From an uncultured Methanosarcinales archaeon (lineage in GTDB: Archaea; Nanobdellota; Nanobdellia; Woesearchaeales; DATGWN01), in the NCBI GenBank assembly GCA_964565095.1, contig CAZMDB010000001.1, positions 1-46,619 on the forward strand: a stretch of 46,619 nt of DNA, read 5' to 3'. The notes under the pieces are model-generated. The model was not told the origin of the DNA, did not search any database, and saw only the letters and a program-made list of their open reading frames with translations. Positions 36,875 through 44,530 of the stretch are shown here, piece by piece. Position numbers and translations under genes: made by a program. How positions within the stretch are numbered: the first letter of the stretch is position 1; each line of letters starts with the position of its first letter.

Positions 36875-36988
36875 ATGGTGATGACAAGTTGCAACTATTA
36901 CGAGATGGATGACATAGAGACAATGATAGATAATGATCTGATCTCCAATGAAGAGGCAGGGTTCATGATCGGATACCTGGGGGTGTGA
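36875..36988 (+). CDS. Small ORF B (37 aa, acidic), hypothetical
   Basis: SD AGAGGTGGA ends 5 nt upstream of the ATG. Peptide: MVMTSCNYYEMDDIETMIDNDLISNEEAGFMIGYLGV. Confidence 0.35.
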   Translation: MVMTSCNYYEMDDIETMIDNDLISNEEAGFMIGYLGV

Positions 36989-36991
36989 TAC

Positions 36992-37120
36992 GTGAGTTTG
37001 TTACCATGGATTTCGAAGCCTCGTTTTGTCAGTTGGGATGAATATCGGCAGAAGGTGGAGTTCCTTGATCGGTTCCATTTTCAGCAATCAGTCAGGCGGC
37101 ATAATGTGGCGGATGCCTGA
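36992..37120 (+). CDS. Small ORF C (42 aa, GTG start), hypothetical
   Basis: The GTG lies 3 nt after the ORF B stop and is preceded by GGGGGTG. An oligo-T tract (T8, 37143-37150) follows. Peptide: (M)SLLPWISKPRFVSWDEYRQKVEFLDRFHFQQSVRRHNVADA. Confidence 0.25.
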   Translation: MSLLPWISKPRFVSWDEYRQKVEFLDRFHFQQSVRRHNVADA

Positions 37121-37171
37121 TTCATTATCGTGGTGGGGCCATTTTTTTTGTTGACTGGTCAGAATAGTAAA

Positions 37172-37179
37172 TATTAAAA
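37172..37179 (+). promoter_or_regulatory. TATA-like box (TATTAAAA) for the protease-RimK unit
   Basis: The box centre is about 27-28 nt upstream of ATG 37204. Confidence 0.4.
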
Positions 37180-37203
37180 AGCGTAGTAGGTTTGTATGTA
37201 TGA

Positions 37204-37566
37204 ATGGCGCAGACAGACAAACCGATACTCGGGCTTGTTGAAGTGGTTGATATCAGAGGGAATAACGCTGATACTCAATCATTGAAAGCGAGAATAGACA
37301 CAGGAGCCCAGAACAGCTCTATTGACCTGGTGGTAGCACAGGAACTTCGTCTTGGTCCGATCATTAAGACCAAATCTATACGGAATAGCCATGGGCAATC
37401 ATTGCGCCCTGTGGTGAAGGCTCGTGTGGTCATAGCAGGAAAGGAGCTGGAAGGGGAGTTCACTATCGCAAATCGCAGCAATATGCGCTATAAGTTGCTT
37501 GTGGGGCAGAATCTCCTCAAGCAGGGATTTCTCATAGATCCTTCGAAGGATGATCAGGGGAAGTGA
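37204..37566 (+). CDS. RimK-associated retropepsin-like protease (Pfam 'putative ATP-dependent zinc protease' family)
   Basis: ARIDTGAQNSSID (D-T-G-A), SHGQSLRPVV, FTIANRSNMRYKLLVGQNLL and FLIDPS are the characteristic blocks of the family usually encoded next to rimK. Confidence 0.8.
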   Translation: MAQTDKPILGLVEVVDIRGNNADTQSLKARIDTGAQNSSIDLVVAQELRLGPIIKTKSIRNSHGQSLRPVVKARVVIAGKELEGEFTIANRSNMRYKLLVGQNLLKQGFLIDPSKDDQGK

Positions 37567-37572
37567 ACAATC

Positions 37573-38670
37573 ATGGTTGAAAAGCAGTTTCGTGCCGCTC
37601 TCATCAGTCTTGGCAGTAAGAGTTCCAAGATGACAGCTGCAGCGATGGAGAAGTATTTCAAGGAAGTTGATATGCTTCAGATAAAAGATATTGAGATTCA
37701 GTTGGGAGAGAGGAATCCACTCCTGTATCAGGGGCAGCCTATGCCGACCTATGATTGTATCTACATCAAAGGATCATTCCGTTATGCGGTCATAGCCCGC
37801 TCGATTACAAGCTTACTTTCCGGAGAGGCGTATATGCCATATCTTGCTGGGAGCTTTACGACTGTTCATGATAAGATCCTGACGCATATCCAATTGCAGA
37901 GTCAGGGGGTCCCGATGCCCAAGACGTATCTTTCTGCAACAGTGGGGGCTGCCAAGAATCTGCTCAAGAGTCTCAATTATCCGGTAATCATGAAGTTTCC
38001 TCAGGGAACGCAGGGCAAGGGAGTTATGTTTGCTGATAGTTATGCTGCTGCGTCGTCGGTGCTGGACGCTTTGGAGTCGCTCAAGCAGCCGTTCCTGATC
38101 CAGGACTATATAGAGACCAGCGGTGTGGATGTACGGGCATTCGTTGTGGGTGACAAGGTTGTTGCTGCCATGAAGCGGAAGGCTGCAAGCGGCGAGAAAC
38201 GTTCGAATGTACATGCGGGCGGGACTACAGAGGTATTTAAGATTCCGAAGGAGATGGAGAATGTGGCTATCCGTACCGCCAAAGCCATGGGTGCAGAGAT
38301 CTGTGGTGTGGATATTCTTGAGAGTGTCAAGGGTCCTGTCGTTATTGAGGCGAACTTGTCGCCAGGTCTGCAGGGAATCACTCAGGCATCCGGACGAGAT
38401 ATTGCGGATGATGTTGCAAAGCATCTGTATGTTCGTACCCAGGAGTTCAGAAGTAGTAAGCCGACTCCGAATGCGCAGCAGATTCTTGATGAGCTTGAGG
38501 TTGAGGATGGTGGTGTGATGGATGTCAATTCGTTGGTCGGTTCAGTGGATTTCCGTGGAGCACGCATCCTTCTGCCTGAGATTGCTTCCAAGGCGACCGG
38601 CATCACCAGTAGTGATGAGTGTGTAATAACCTTTGAGAAAGGTCGTGTCGAGGTCAAGAAGGGGATCTGA
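37573..38670 (+). CDS. RimK-family ATP-grasp alpha-L-glutamate ligase with an extra C-terminal ~75-aa domain
   Basis: ATP-grasp blocks: YPVIMKFPQGTQGKGVMF, IQDYIE..GVDVRAFVVGDKVVAAMKRKAASGEKRSNVHAGG, CGVDILES.KGPVVIEANLSPGLQGI. The C-terminal VDFRGARILLPEIASKATGITSSDECVITFEKGRVEVKKG looks AbrB/SpoVT-like. Confidence 0.88.
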   Translation: MVEKQFRAALISLGSKSSKMTAAAMEKYFKEVDMLQIKDIEIQLGERNPLLYQGQPMPTYDCIYIKGSFRYAVIARSITSLLSGEAYMPYLAGSFTTVHDKILTHIQLQSQGVPMPKTYLSATVGAAKNLLKSLNYPVIMKFPQGTQGKGVMFADSYAAASSVLDALESLKQPFLIQDYIETSGVDVRAFVVGDKVVAAMKRKAASGEKRSNVHAGGTTEVFKIPKEMENVAIRTAKAMGAEICGVDILESVKGPVVIEANLSPGLQGITQASGRDIADDVAKHLYVRTQEFRSSKPTPNAQQILDELEVEDGGVMDVNSLVGSVDFRGARILLPEIASKATGITSSDECVITFEKGRVEVKKGI

Positions 38671-38672
38671 AG

Positions 38673-39080
38673 TTACTCAGCAGGAAGCTGAGCAAGATTC
38701 ATCTTTACACGCTTGCTCAGTTCTGCAGGGTCGAATGGTTTGACCATGTAATCATCAGCACCTACGTTTATGGATTTGAATTTGTCAACAATCTGGCTCT
38801 TTGCGGAGAGTATCATGATGGGGATATCCCTTGTTTTCGAATGTTTGCGTAGTTCTGTGCATACCTGATATCCATCTACATTCGGCATCATGATGTCCAG
38901 GATTATGATGTCAGGGATTTCTTTCTTGGCCTTTTTTATCGCTTCAAGCCCAGAGAAGGCCTCGATGTAGTCGTATTCGTCGCCTAATGTCAGTTTTACC
39001 AGGTTCACGATGTGTGGTTCGTCGTCCACGATCAATATCTTTTGTTTGTTGTTGAGAAGTTGCGCTTCTTGTTTTCCCAT
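38673..39080 (-). CDS. Stand-alone response-regulator receiver domain (CheY-like)
   Basis: KILIVDDEP, IIILDIMMPNVDG (the phospho-acceptor Asp context), MILSAK and ADDYMVKPF. ATG 39080 has GGGGTGG 7 nt upstream; the track start at 39089 is GTG. Confidence 0.85.
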   Translation of the reverse strand: MGKQEAQLLNNKQKILIVDDEPHIVNLVKLTLGDEYDYIEAFSGLEAIKKAKKEIPDIIILDIMMPNVDGYQVCTELRKHSKTRDIPIMILSAKSQIVDKFKSINVGADDYMVKPFDPAELSKRVKMNLAQLPAE

Positions 39081-39178
39081 AATAGCCACCCCGCATGTGC
39101 AACATGCTTATCATTTGTGTTTAACACAGTTGTTTTATTAAACAATTATTGTGGCGTAATCGGTATTATGAGATATAT

Positions 39179-39988
39179 TTATTCTAGAAGGTATTTTTGG
39201 AGCGCTTCTACTGTCGGTACTTCCAAATACTGCTTGGCAGAGTTTTCGTCCTGCCATGTCCGTTCTGTCGCATCCGTTGCATTGCCCACGATGTGTAGGG
39301 CCTGCATTCCGCACCTGAGAGCAGGTATGATGTCTTTTTGCAAATGGTCGCCTATGTAGGCAATACTATCTGGTGTAACATCTCTATAGATCTGCAATAT
39401 CTTCTGGAAGCCTTGCTCAGACGGCTTCTTGTCCGTCACGTTCTCTCCGCAAAGGATGGGGTACTTAGTTCCTGTGGTCATATTGAATATTGTGGGATTT
39501 ATCTTGAGTCCCTGGCATGCGTTGAGGAAAGTGGCATACATGTCGCTGGTAAAGGCACCGATTCTGTAGTGCGGCTTCAGTTTTTGGAGGGCAGTATCGA
39601 GAGCAGGATCCGGACGCAGGATGTGAGCAAAATCAGTGTGCGTGAGAAGTTCTTGCAGGTAGCTTGGGTCAAGTCCGAATTCGTGGATGAACACTTTTCC
39701 ATTTGATCCATGCTTCCGAAGACACGTAGCGAATTCAGTCTTCACACTGTTCGGTATGACGCGTACGGCGTCCAGTAATGTGTGGTCTGCAAGGCGCTTC
39801 TTGTACTCGGCGATCAATCTTGCAGATACAGTAATGGGGTCGGCTCCTTGCCGAAGCGCCGAAAAGGCATTGTAGCGGAAAAAATCCTGTGAATCCTGCA
39901 CTGATCCTGTCCGGGGATTATACACTCTTGCTTTGTTGTAGAGCGTCCCGTCCATATCGAACACCAGGACTGACAGATCGTACTTCAT
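39179..39988 (-). CDS. HAD-superfamily hydrolase
   Basis: Motif I is LVFDMDGTLY, and a late motif is YIGDHLQKDI. Confidence 0.8.
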   Translation of the reverse strand: MKYDLSVLVFDMDGTLYNKARVYNPRTGSVQDSQDFFRYNAFSALRQGADPITVSARLIAEYKKRLADHTLLDAVRVIPNSVKTEFATCLRKHGSNGKVFIHEFGLDPSYLQELLTHTDFAHILRPDPALDTALQKLKPHYRIGAFTSDMYATFLNACQGLKINPTIFNMTTGTKYPILCGENVTDKKPSEQGFQKILQIYRDVTPDSIAYIGDHLQKDIIPALRCGMQALHIVGNATDATERTWQDENSAKQYLEVPTVEALQKYLLE

Positions 39989-39993
39989 CTTGC

Positions 39994-41331
39994 CTAGAAA
40001 TCTTCTTCGAAGAAGACCTTGTATCCTTTCAGCATCTGGAAGAAGTCCGGCAGGAATATCGTAGGATACTTCCCGTGCATACTGAGTACGGGAATACCCA
40101 TATCCACCACTGGTATTCCACGATGTGCAAAGTACATAGCGATGGTGCCTCCTCCGCCTGTATTTACTTTGGGAGGGATGGCGCTGACTTTGAATTGGAT
40201 ATCGTACTTCTTGAATAGGTTCATATACCGGTCGACTAGGGTCAGTGGAACATTGTTTCCGTAGGATTGGTTGGCCCCTCCATTGAAGCGGTCCATGATC
40301 AGTCCTTCTCCGAACTTGCTGGCGCTTTCTTCCTGTGAGTAGGACGCATCATTGCTGTTGAAAGCAACGTCTACGTCGGCGGAGATCATCTGGGATTTGG
40401 CAAACATCTGGCGCATCTGTACATCAGTCAGGTCTACATCTTCAGTGCGTGCGATGATATCGATGACGTGTTCGAGGAATCGGGAATTGGCCCCGTTGTA
40501 TCCTGTGCTGCCAATCTCTTCTCGATCGAATACCAGCAGGACACTGGTCTTTTTTGGGGCAGCAGATTGCGTAATCGCGTGGAGTCCGCCAAAGGCGCAG
40601 ACCCGATCATCATGCCCGAATCCAGCCATGTAGTGCTCAGAGATGCGGTATGGTGCGATCTTGGGAACGATTGTCAGCATACTGCGCGCAAAATCCTCTT
40701 CTGTGATGTCGTGCTCATCTTTCATGTGTGCAAGGAATTCGTCTTTGTCTTTGAAACCGATGAATACATCAAGTGATTCAGCTTCGAAAGCATCCTCATA
40801 CTGTTTCTTCATGCGGTCGCGTCCGGAAAAATGGATCGTGGAGTCTGCGATGAGTCCATTCAACTCGAAGCTGATGTTTTTGCCATTCTTGACGCAGTGG
40901 CCGATAACATTGACTGCGGTATCGAACCATTGATGAAAATAGATGCCGCCGTAGGGATAGCAGTCCAGCATTACTCCCTCGGGTTTTTCCCGGATAGGAT
41001 GCACCTTTGCAGTAAGGCAGGGACTGTCTACGTGCGCTCCAATGATCCGTATCCCTTCTGTGAAAGAGTCAGTCCCTTTTCGCACGAGGGCGATGTTGGT
41101 CTGGTCCTCGTTGGTAATATAGAATGTGTCTGATGCGGCGTCTGGTGTGTATCCAGAGAACTGTTGCTTTTCTGCCTGCTTCATGATTTCCTGCACTGCT
41201 AGATGCGGCGTCTGTGCTGCGCTGAGAAACTTCTGGTAACGGTCGCATACTTCATTGAAGCTATTCTTATCTTCCTGTGTGATCTTATTGAGAGAAGGCC
41301 GGGAAATTTTCTTGTCGTCGTCTTTTGCCAT
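39994..41331 (-). CDS. M18-family aminopeptidase (aspartyl aminopeptidase-like)
   Basis: IIGAHVDSPCL, GHDDRVC, FDREEIGS and GGGGTIAMYF...VLSMHG follow the order of M18 metal-ligand blocks. Confidence 0.85.
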   Translation of the reverse strand: MAKDDDKKISRPSLNKITQEDKNSFNEVCDRYQKFLSAAQTPHLAVQEIMKQAEKQQFSGYTPDAASDTFYITNEDQTNIALVRKGTDSFTEGIRIIGAHVDSPCLTAKVHPIREKPEGVMLDCYPYGGIYFHQWFDTAVNVIGHCVKNGKNISFELNGLIADSTIHFSGRDRMKKQYEDAFEAESLDVFIGFKDKDEFLAHMKDEHDITEEDFARSMLTIVPKIAPYRISEHYMAGFGHDDRVCAFGGLHAITQSAAPKKTSVLLVFDREEIGSTGYNGANSRFLEHVIDIIARTEDVDLTDVQMRQMFAKSQMISADVDVAFNSNDASYSQEESASKFGEGLIMDRFNGGANQSYGNNVPLTLVDRYMNLFKKYDIQFKVSAIPPKVNTGGGGTIAMYFAHRGIPVVDMGIPVLSMHGKYPTIFLPDFFQMLKGYKVFFEEDF

Positions 41332-41425
41332 AGCAGTGGTGGGGTGTTCAGAGGTTTAAAAGGATTGCGCTGTCTGCCGATGGGGAAGAAAGCTATTAAA
41401 AGCTGTATAGCCTGAATAGTATGAA

Positions 41426-42262
41426 ATGCGATTCCTCATCTTCGGTGATCTGCACGGTGCTATTCCGGACATCAAGGTCAAGCAGTTCGATGCTGTCATC
41501 GCCACAGGAGATTTCTGTTCGAATGATCTGATGAAGGATATGTTTGCTGCACTCCGTAATAAGATGGATGATGAATCGTCGAAATCCTGGTATGATGCCA
41601 TCGGTCGGCGTATCGCACGCAAAAAGGTCAAGAAGTCTCTTGCAGATGGGCGCAGAGTCCTTGAGTTTCTGAATTCTTTGGAGGTTCCGGTCTACGTCGT
41701 ACCAGGAAACTGGGATTGGACTGCAGAACCGGATCATAGGTGGACTTTCTTGCGTAGGAATCATTATGCATCTCTTCTGCGCGGTCTTTCCAATATTCAT
41801 GATGTGCACAGACGTACCGCCCGGACCGGATGTTGTTCCATCATAGGTTACGGTATCTCTTCGGGTCCGGAGCTCCCCCTGGAAGGGATATTCACTGAAG
41901 AAGAATGGAATGAGCTGCATCAGGATTATCGGCAGCTCAAGCGCAAGTATACTGCTCGTTTCAAACGTGCCAAAGATCCCGTCATATTCCTTTCTCACAA
42001 TGTTCCTTTCTCTACTCCGTTGGATATCATCAGGAACCCGGAGTCTCCGCGTCACGGAGAGCATATGGGATCCCTCTTGGTGCGAGAGCTGTGCGAACAA
42101 CAACAGCCGCTTGTCTGCATCGCGGGGCACATGCATGAACATTTCAAGAAGACCCGCATCGATGAGACGGTTGCGCTGAACGCTGGTGCGGGGCCGGGCA
42201 GGAATATTGTCCTGGAGATTGAGGATGGAAAGATACAGCTGCTCCGTTTTCTCAGGAAGTGA
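41426..42262 (+). CDS. Calcineurin-like metallophosphoesterase
   Basis: FGDLHG, ATGDF, VPGNWD, SHNVP and GHMHE: the ordered metallophosphoesterase motifs. Confidence 0.8.
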   Translation: MRFLIFGDLHGAIPDIKVKQFDAVIATGDFCSNDLMKDMFAALRNKMDDESSKSWYDAIGRRIARKKVKKSLADGRRVLEFLNSLEVPVYVVPGNWDWTAEPDHRWTFLRRNHYASLLRGLSNIHDVHRRTARTGCCSIIGYGISSGPELPLEGIFTEEEWNELHQDYRQLKRKYTARFKRAKDPVIFLSHNVPFSTPLDIIRNPESPRHGEHMGSLLVRELCEQQQPLVCIAGHMHEHFKKTRIDETVALNAGAGPGRNIVLEIEDGKIQLLRFLRK

Positions 42263-42287
42263 TCTGGCACGGCAGGTATCCAAAAAC

Positions 42288-42295
42288 TATTTAAA
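42288..42295 (+). promoter_or_regulatory. TATA-like box (TATTTAAA) for tRNA-Thr
   Basis: The box centre is about 29 nt upstream of the tRNA 5' end at 42321. Confidence 0.45.
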
Positions 42296-42320
42296 GTGTT
42301 CATCGATGCCTTAGCCATAC

Positions 42321-42392
42321 GCCTCTTTGGCTCAGTGGTAGAGCGCTACCTTGGTAAGGTAGAGGTCCCGGGTTCAACTCCCGGAAGAGGCT
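42321..42392 (+). tRNA. tRNA-Thr (anticodon GGT)
   Basis: Cloverleaf: GCCTCTT/AAGAGGC acceptor, GCTC/GAGC D stem, CTACC-TTGGTAA-GGTAG anticodon arm, CCGGG-TTCAACT-CCCGG T arm, discriminator T, followed by TTT. No CCA is encoded. Confidence 0.93.
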
Positions 42393-42404
42393 TTTGATAG
42401 TTTT

Positions 42405-42480
42405 GGGGAGTTGAACGAAGTTGTCTTCAAAGTGCTTGCATTTTCAAGGCCAGGGGGCATCAGTTCCCGTGCAACTCCTC
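42405..42480 (+). other. 76-nt cloverleaf-like four-way structure in the tRNA-Thr trailer (not a canonical tRNA)
   Basis: A 9-bp closing helix (42405-42413 / 42472-42480, one G-U) encloses three hairpins: 42417-20/42425-28, 42435-38/42445-48 and 42454-57/42465-68. There is no canonical D or T loop, and no 7-nt anticodon loop. Confidence 0.3.
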
Positions 42481-42494
42481 GAAAAGAGGCTTTT
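42472..42494 (+). repeat. Partial direct copy of the tRNA-Thr 3' end (CAACTCC...AAGAGGCTTTT)
   Basis: CAACTCC (42375-42381) recurs at 42472-42478. AAGAGGCTTTT (42385-42395) recurs exactly at 42484-42494. Confidence 0.6.
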
Positions 42495-42498
42495 TTGA

Positions 42499-42879
42499 AT
42501 GAGACCGCACCATCTAGCTTTGACCGTCCGCGACTTGGACAAATCATTATCTTTCTATACTGAACTGCTACCATTCAAGCAGATTGACCGATTCACAAAG
42601 CCACATTGGGACGGCGAGGCCGCAGTCGTTAGTCTGGATGGCTTCAGATTGGAACTGTTCAGTTGGGAAACTGTTGAAGGAGAGGTACAGAAAGGTGTAG
42701 ATCTGCATAGGCTGGGGTATAACCATTTCGGGATCGAAGTGGAGGATGTCCGGGAAGTCTACGAGCGTCTGAAGGATGCTGGTGTGACCATACAGGAACC
42801 GAAATCGGGTACGACGTGCACTTCTTATTGTTTTCTTGAGGACCCTGATAGGAATGCAATCGAGCTCTATCAGAGGTAG
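42499..42879 (+). CDS. VOC/glyoxalase-family protein
   Basis: HHLALTVRDLDKSLSFY...GYNHFGIEVEDV...FLEDPDRNAIELYQ is the typical paired beta-alpha-beta-beta-beta glyoxalase I pattern. Confidence 0.85.
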   Translation: MRPHHLALTVRDLDKSLSFYTELLPFKQIDRFTKPHWDGEAAVVSLDGFRLELFSWETVEGEVQKGVDLHRLGYNHFGIEVEDVREVYERLKDAGVTIQEPKSGTTCTSYCFLEDPDRNAIELYQR

Positions 42880-42884
42880 GGATC

Positions 42885-43226
42885 ATGATCACTAGTCTGC
42901 TTGCTCTGTCGGTTGATAAAGCCTTTATCCTGGATATTGCTGTACTCATAAACCTCATCACTTTGGGCGGTATTGCTGGCGTCATCACGCAGAAGGCTCG
43001 TTGTGCGGGCATCCCGGATTGGCTGAAAGGGGTCGTTATTGTAGACGCCTGTCTGATACTGATAGTGGGTTTGCCGGTCACTTTTGTGGCTTTGAGAGCG
43101 CACGAGTACTTGCCGTCTCTGATGTTGGCTGTGCAGGCTTGTGTTTGTGCAATCTTAATGATTTCTGTGGCAGGCGCATGTGTTGGATGGGCATATGGGA
43201 AAGTAGTTTTACGGTGCAATGCTTGA
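42885..43226 (+). CDS. Small hydrophobic membrane protein (3-4 TM), hypothetical
   Basis: 113-aa ORF lying 5 nt after the VOC stop. It is strongly hydrophobic and has no recognisable motif. Confidence 0.5.
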   Translation: MITSLLALSVDKAFILDIAVLINLITLGGIAGVITQKARCAGIPDWLKGVVIVDACLILIVGLPVTFVALRAHEYLPSLMLAVQACVCAILMISVAGACVGWAYGKVVLRCNA

Positions 43227-43298
43227 GTCAACTCTTGTCAGAAACAAGGTGGCTGATTGACACGAGTATTTTTAAATCAGTACCATCCAAAAACAAGC

Positions 43299-44495
43299 AT
43301 GCACCCAAAGCATTCACTCATTCATCTTTCTATTTTCCATTTGATGGTATCAACAGCGCGTGCAGGACTTTTCGCGTATGTGCCACGGCTTTTTGAGAAT
43401 CTGCTGGGTAATTTATGGTTGGTCGGCCTCATTTTGTCCATTCCATGGCTTCTCAACGTCTTTTTTGACACAATCATCGGAAAACTCAATGAGAAATTTT
43501 CGCCACGTCTCATGCTCACCACAAGTATGGTATTGTTGATCCTTGTTTCGGTTCTGTATTATATCTCAGGCAATCTCATTATCGCTCTTGCTGCATTGTT
43601 TCTTTATGGATTCGCAGTAGATCTTTACATGATACCCGCTTATTCATCACTGCTGCATTTTACCCCGGAGAAACGAAGTAGTTTTTTTGACGCAGTCTTC
43701 TATTCTTCAGGAGCGCTGGGATGGACGCTAGGGCCTCTTATTGCTGGATTCATATTCTCTCACTTCCTCAATAAAGATGTATTCATCTTTTCAGGTCTGG
43801 CATTTGCAGCTACATTCATCTACTGCGTATTCACCTTCAGCAGTAAACCGATAGCGAGAAAAACACAAAAATTCAAACTATCCCAATTCATTCAAGGGAT
43901 AACCAGCATCAAAAGGCTTTCTCCACTGCTCAGGATGTCTTATTCTCTTATATTCATAACGACATTCATAGATGATCTACTCAACATGATCACACCCTTG
44001 TACATTTTCTCTCTCAATATCGATCCACTATATGTAGGATTAACATTGGCAGCTTTCTCGGCTCCATCATTTTTAATCAGGTTGCCTGCTGGATTTCTTG
44101 AAGATTTTTCAGATAAGACTGTAATCATTCTCCCAGTTCTCGTGGTTATGGGAGTGCTTGTAGTATTATTGAGTATATTGACCCATCCGTTGTTTATCGT
44201 GCCGGTAGCATTCTTCATCGCAACATGTCATGCCATCTTGGGACCAGCAATAGGGGGTATCATTATTGCAGAAAACGCGTACCATCACACATCAATGAAC
44301 GCTTCATTACGTATTATATTGGAAAATTCAGCTACCGTCAGTGGGTACATACTTGGTACATTAGCGGCGTTCTTTTTCGGGTATCAGATTATGTACTTTC
44401 TTATTGGAGCTGGAATATTCACGACAGTCATCATTTTACGGAATCGTTACCCTGCTCTTTCTTTCTCAAAGATTATTCGTCATAGTGTAATATAG
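43299..44495 (+). CDS. Major facilitator superfamily-like transporter
   Basis: About 12 hydrophobic segments, with a loop 2-3 resembling the MFS motif (DTIIGKLNEKFSPRLM). ATG 43299 is favoured by the TATA box TTTTAAAT (43270-43277) about 26 nt upstream. GC is about 40% by spot counts, against about 50% in neighbours. Confidence 0.7.
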   Translation: MHPKHSLIHLSIFHLMVSTARAGLFAYVPRLFENLLGNLWLVGLILSIPWLLNVFFDTIIGKLNEKFSPRLMLTTSMVLLILVSVLYYISGNLIIALAALFLYGFAVDLYMIPAYSSLLHFTPEKRSSFFDAVFYSSGALGWTLGPLIAGFIFSHFLNKDVFIFSGLAFAATFIYCVFTFSSKPIARKTQKFKLSQFIQGITSIKRLSPLLRMSYSLIFITTFIDDLLNMITPLYIFSLNIDPLYVGLTLAAFSAPSFLIRLPAGFLEDFSDKTVIILPVLVVMGVLVVLLSILTHPLFIVPVAFFIATCHAILGPAIGGIIIAENAYHHTSMNASLRIILENSATVSGYILGTLAAFFFGYQIMYFLIGAGIFTTVIILRNRYPALSFSKIIRHSVI

Positions 44496-44530
44496 AAACT
44501 GAAAAAAAGAAAAAACGACAAGATTCCTGC

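Noticed and set aside
36839-36988. UGA recoding (selenocysteine or a reassigned stop) joining sORFs A, B and C into one protein.
   Set aside because: TGA terminates conserved genes at their expected ends in this window (aIF-1A, all four archaellins, uvrA). Three TGAs within 21 nt are incompatible with Sec insertion, and I saw no SECIS-like element.
37813-38424. 203-aa minus-strand ORF inside the RimK-like gene. Similar shadow ORFs occur at 2358-2909, 8810-9229, 11884-12324, 15400-15849, 22489-22992 and 31046-32009.
   Set aside because: All are antisense to, or out of frame with, CDSs that carry clear family motifs. None has a promoter or SD signal at its start.
41396-42283. 295-aa minus-strand ORF.
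   Set aside because: It is fully antisense to the metallophosphoesterase gene, whose ordered catalytic motifs are on the plus strand. The minus-strand translation is Arg/Ser/Pro-rich with no motif.
42405-42480. A second functional tRNA gene downstream of tRNA-Thr.
   Set aside because: It lacks U8, the GG of the D loop, a 7-nt anticodon loop and the TTCRA T-loop. The D-like hairpin has a 4-nt loop. I kept it only as a tRNA-like structure.
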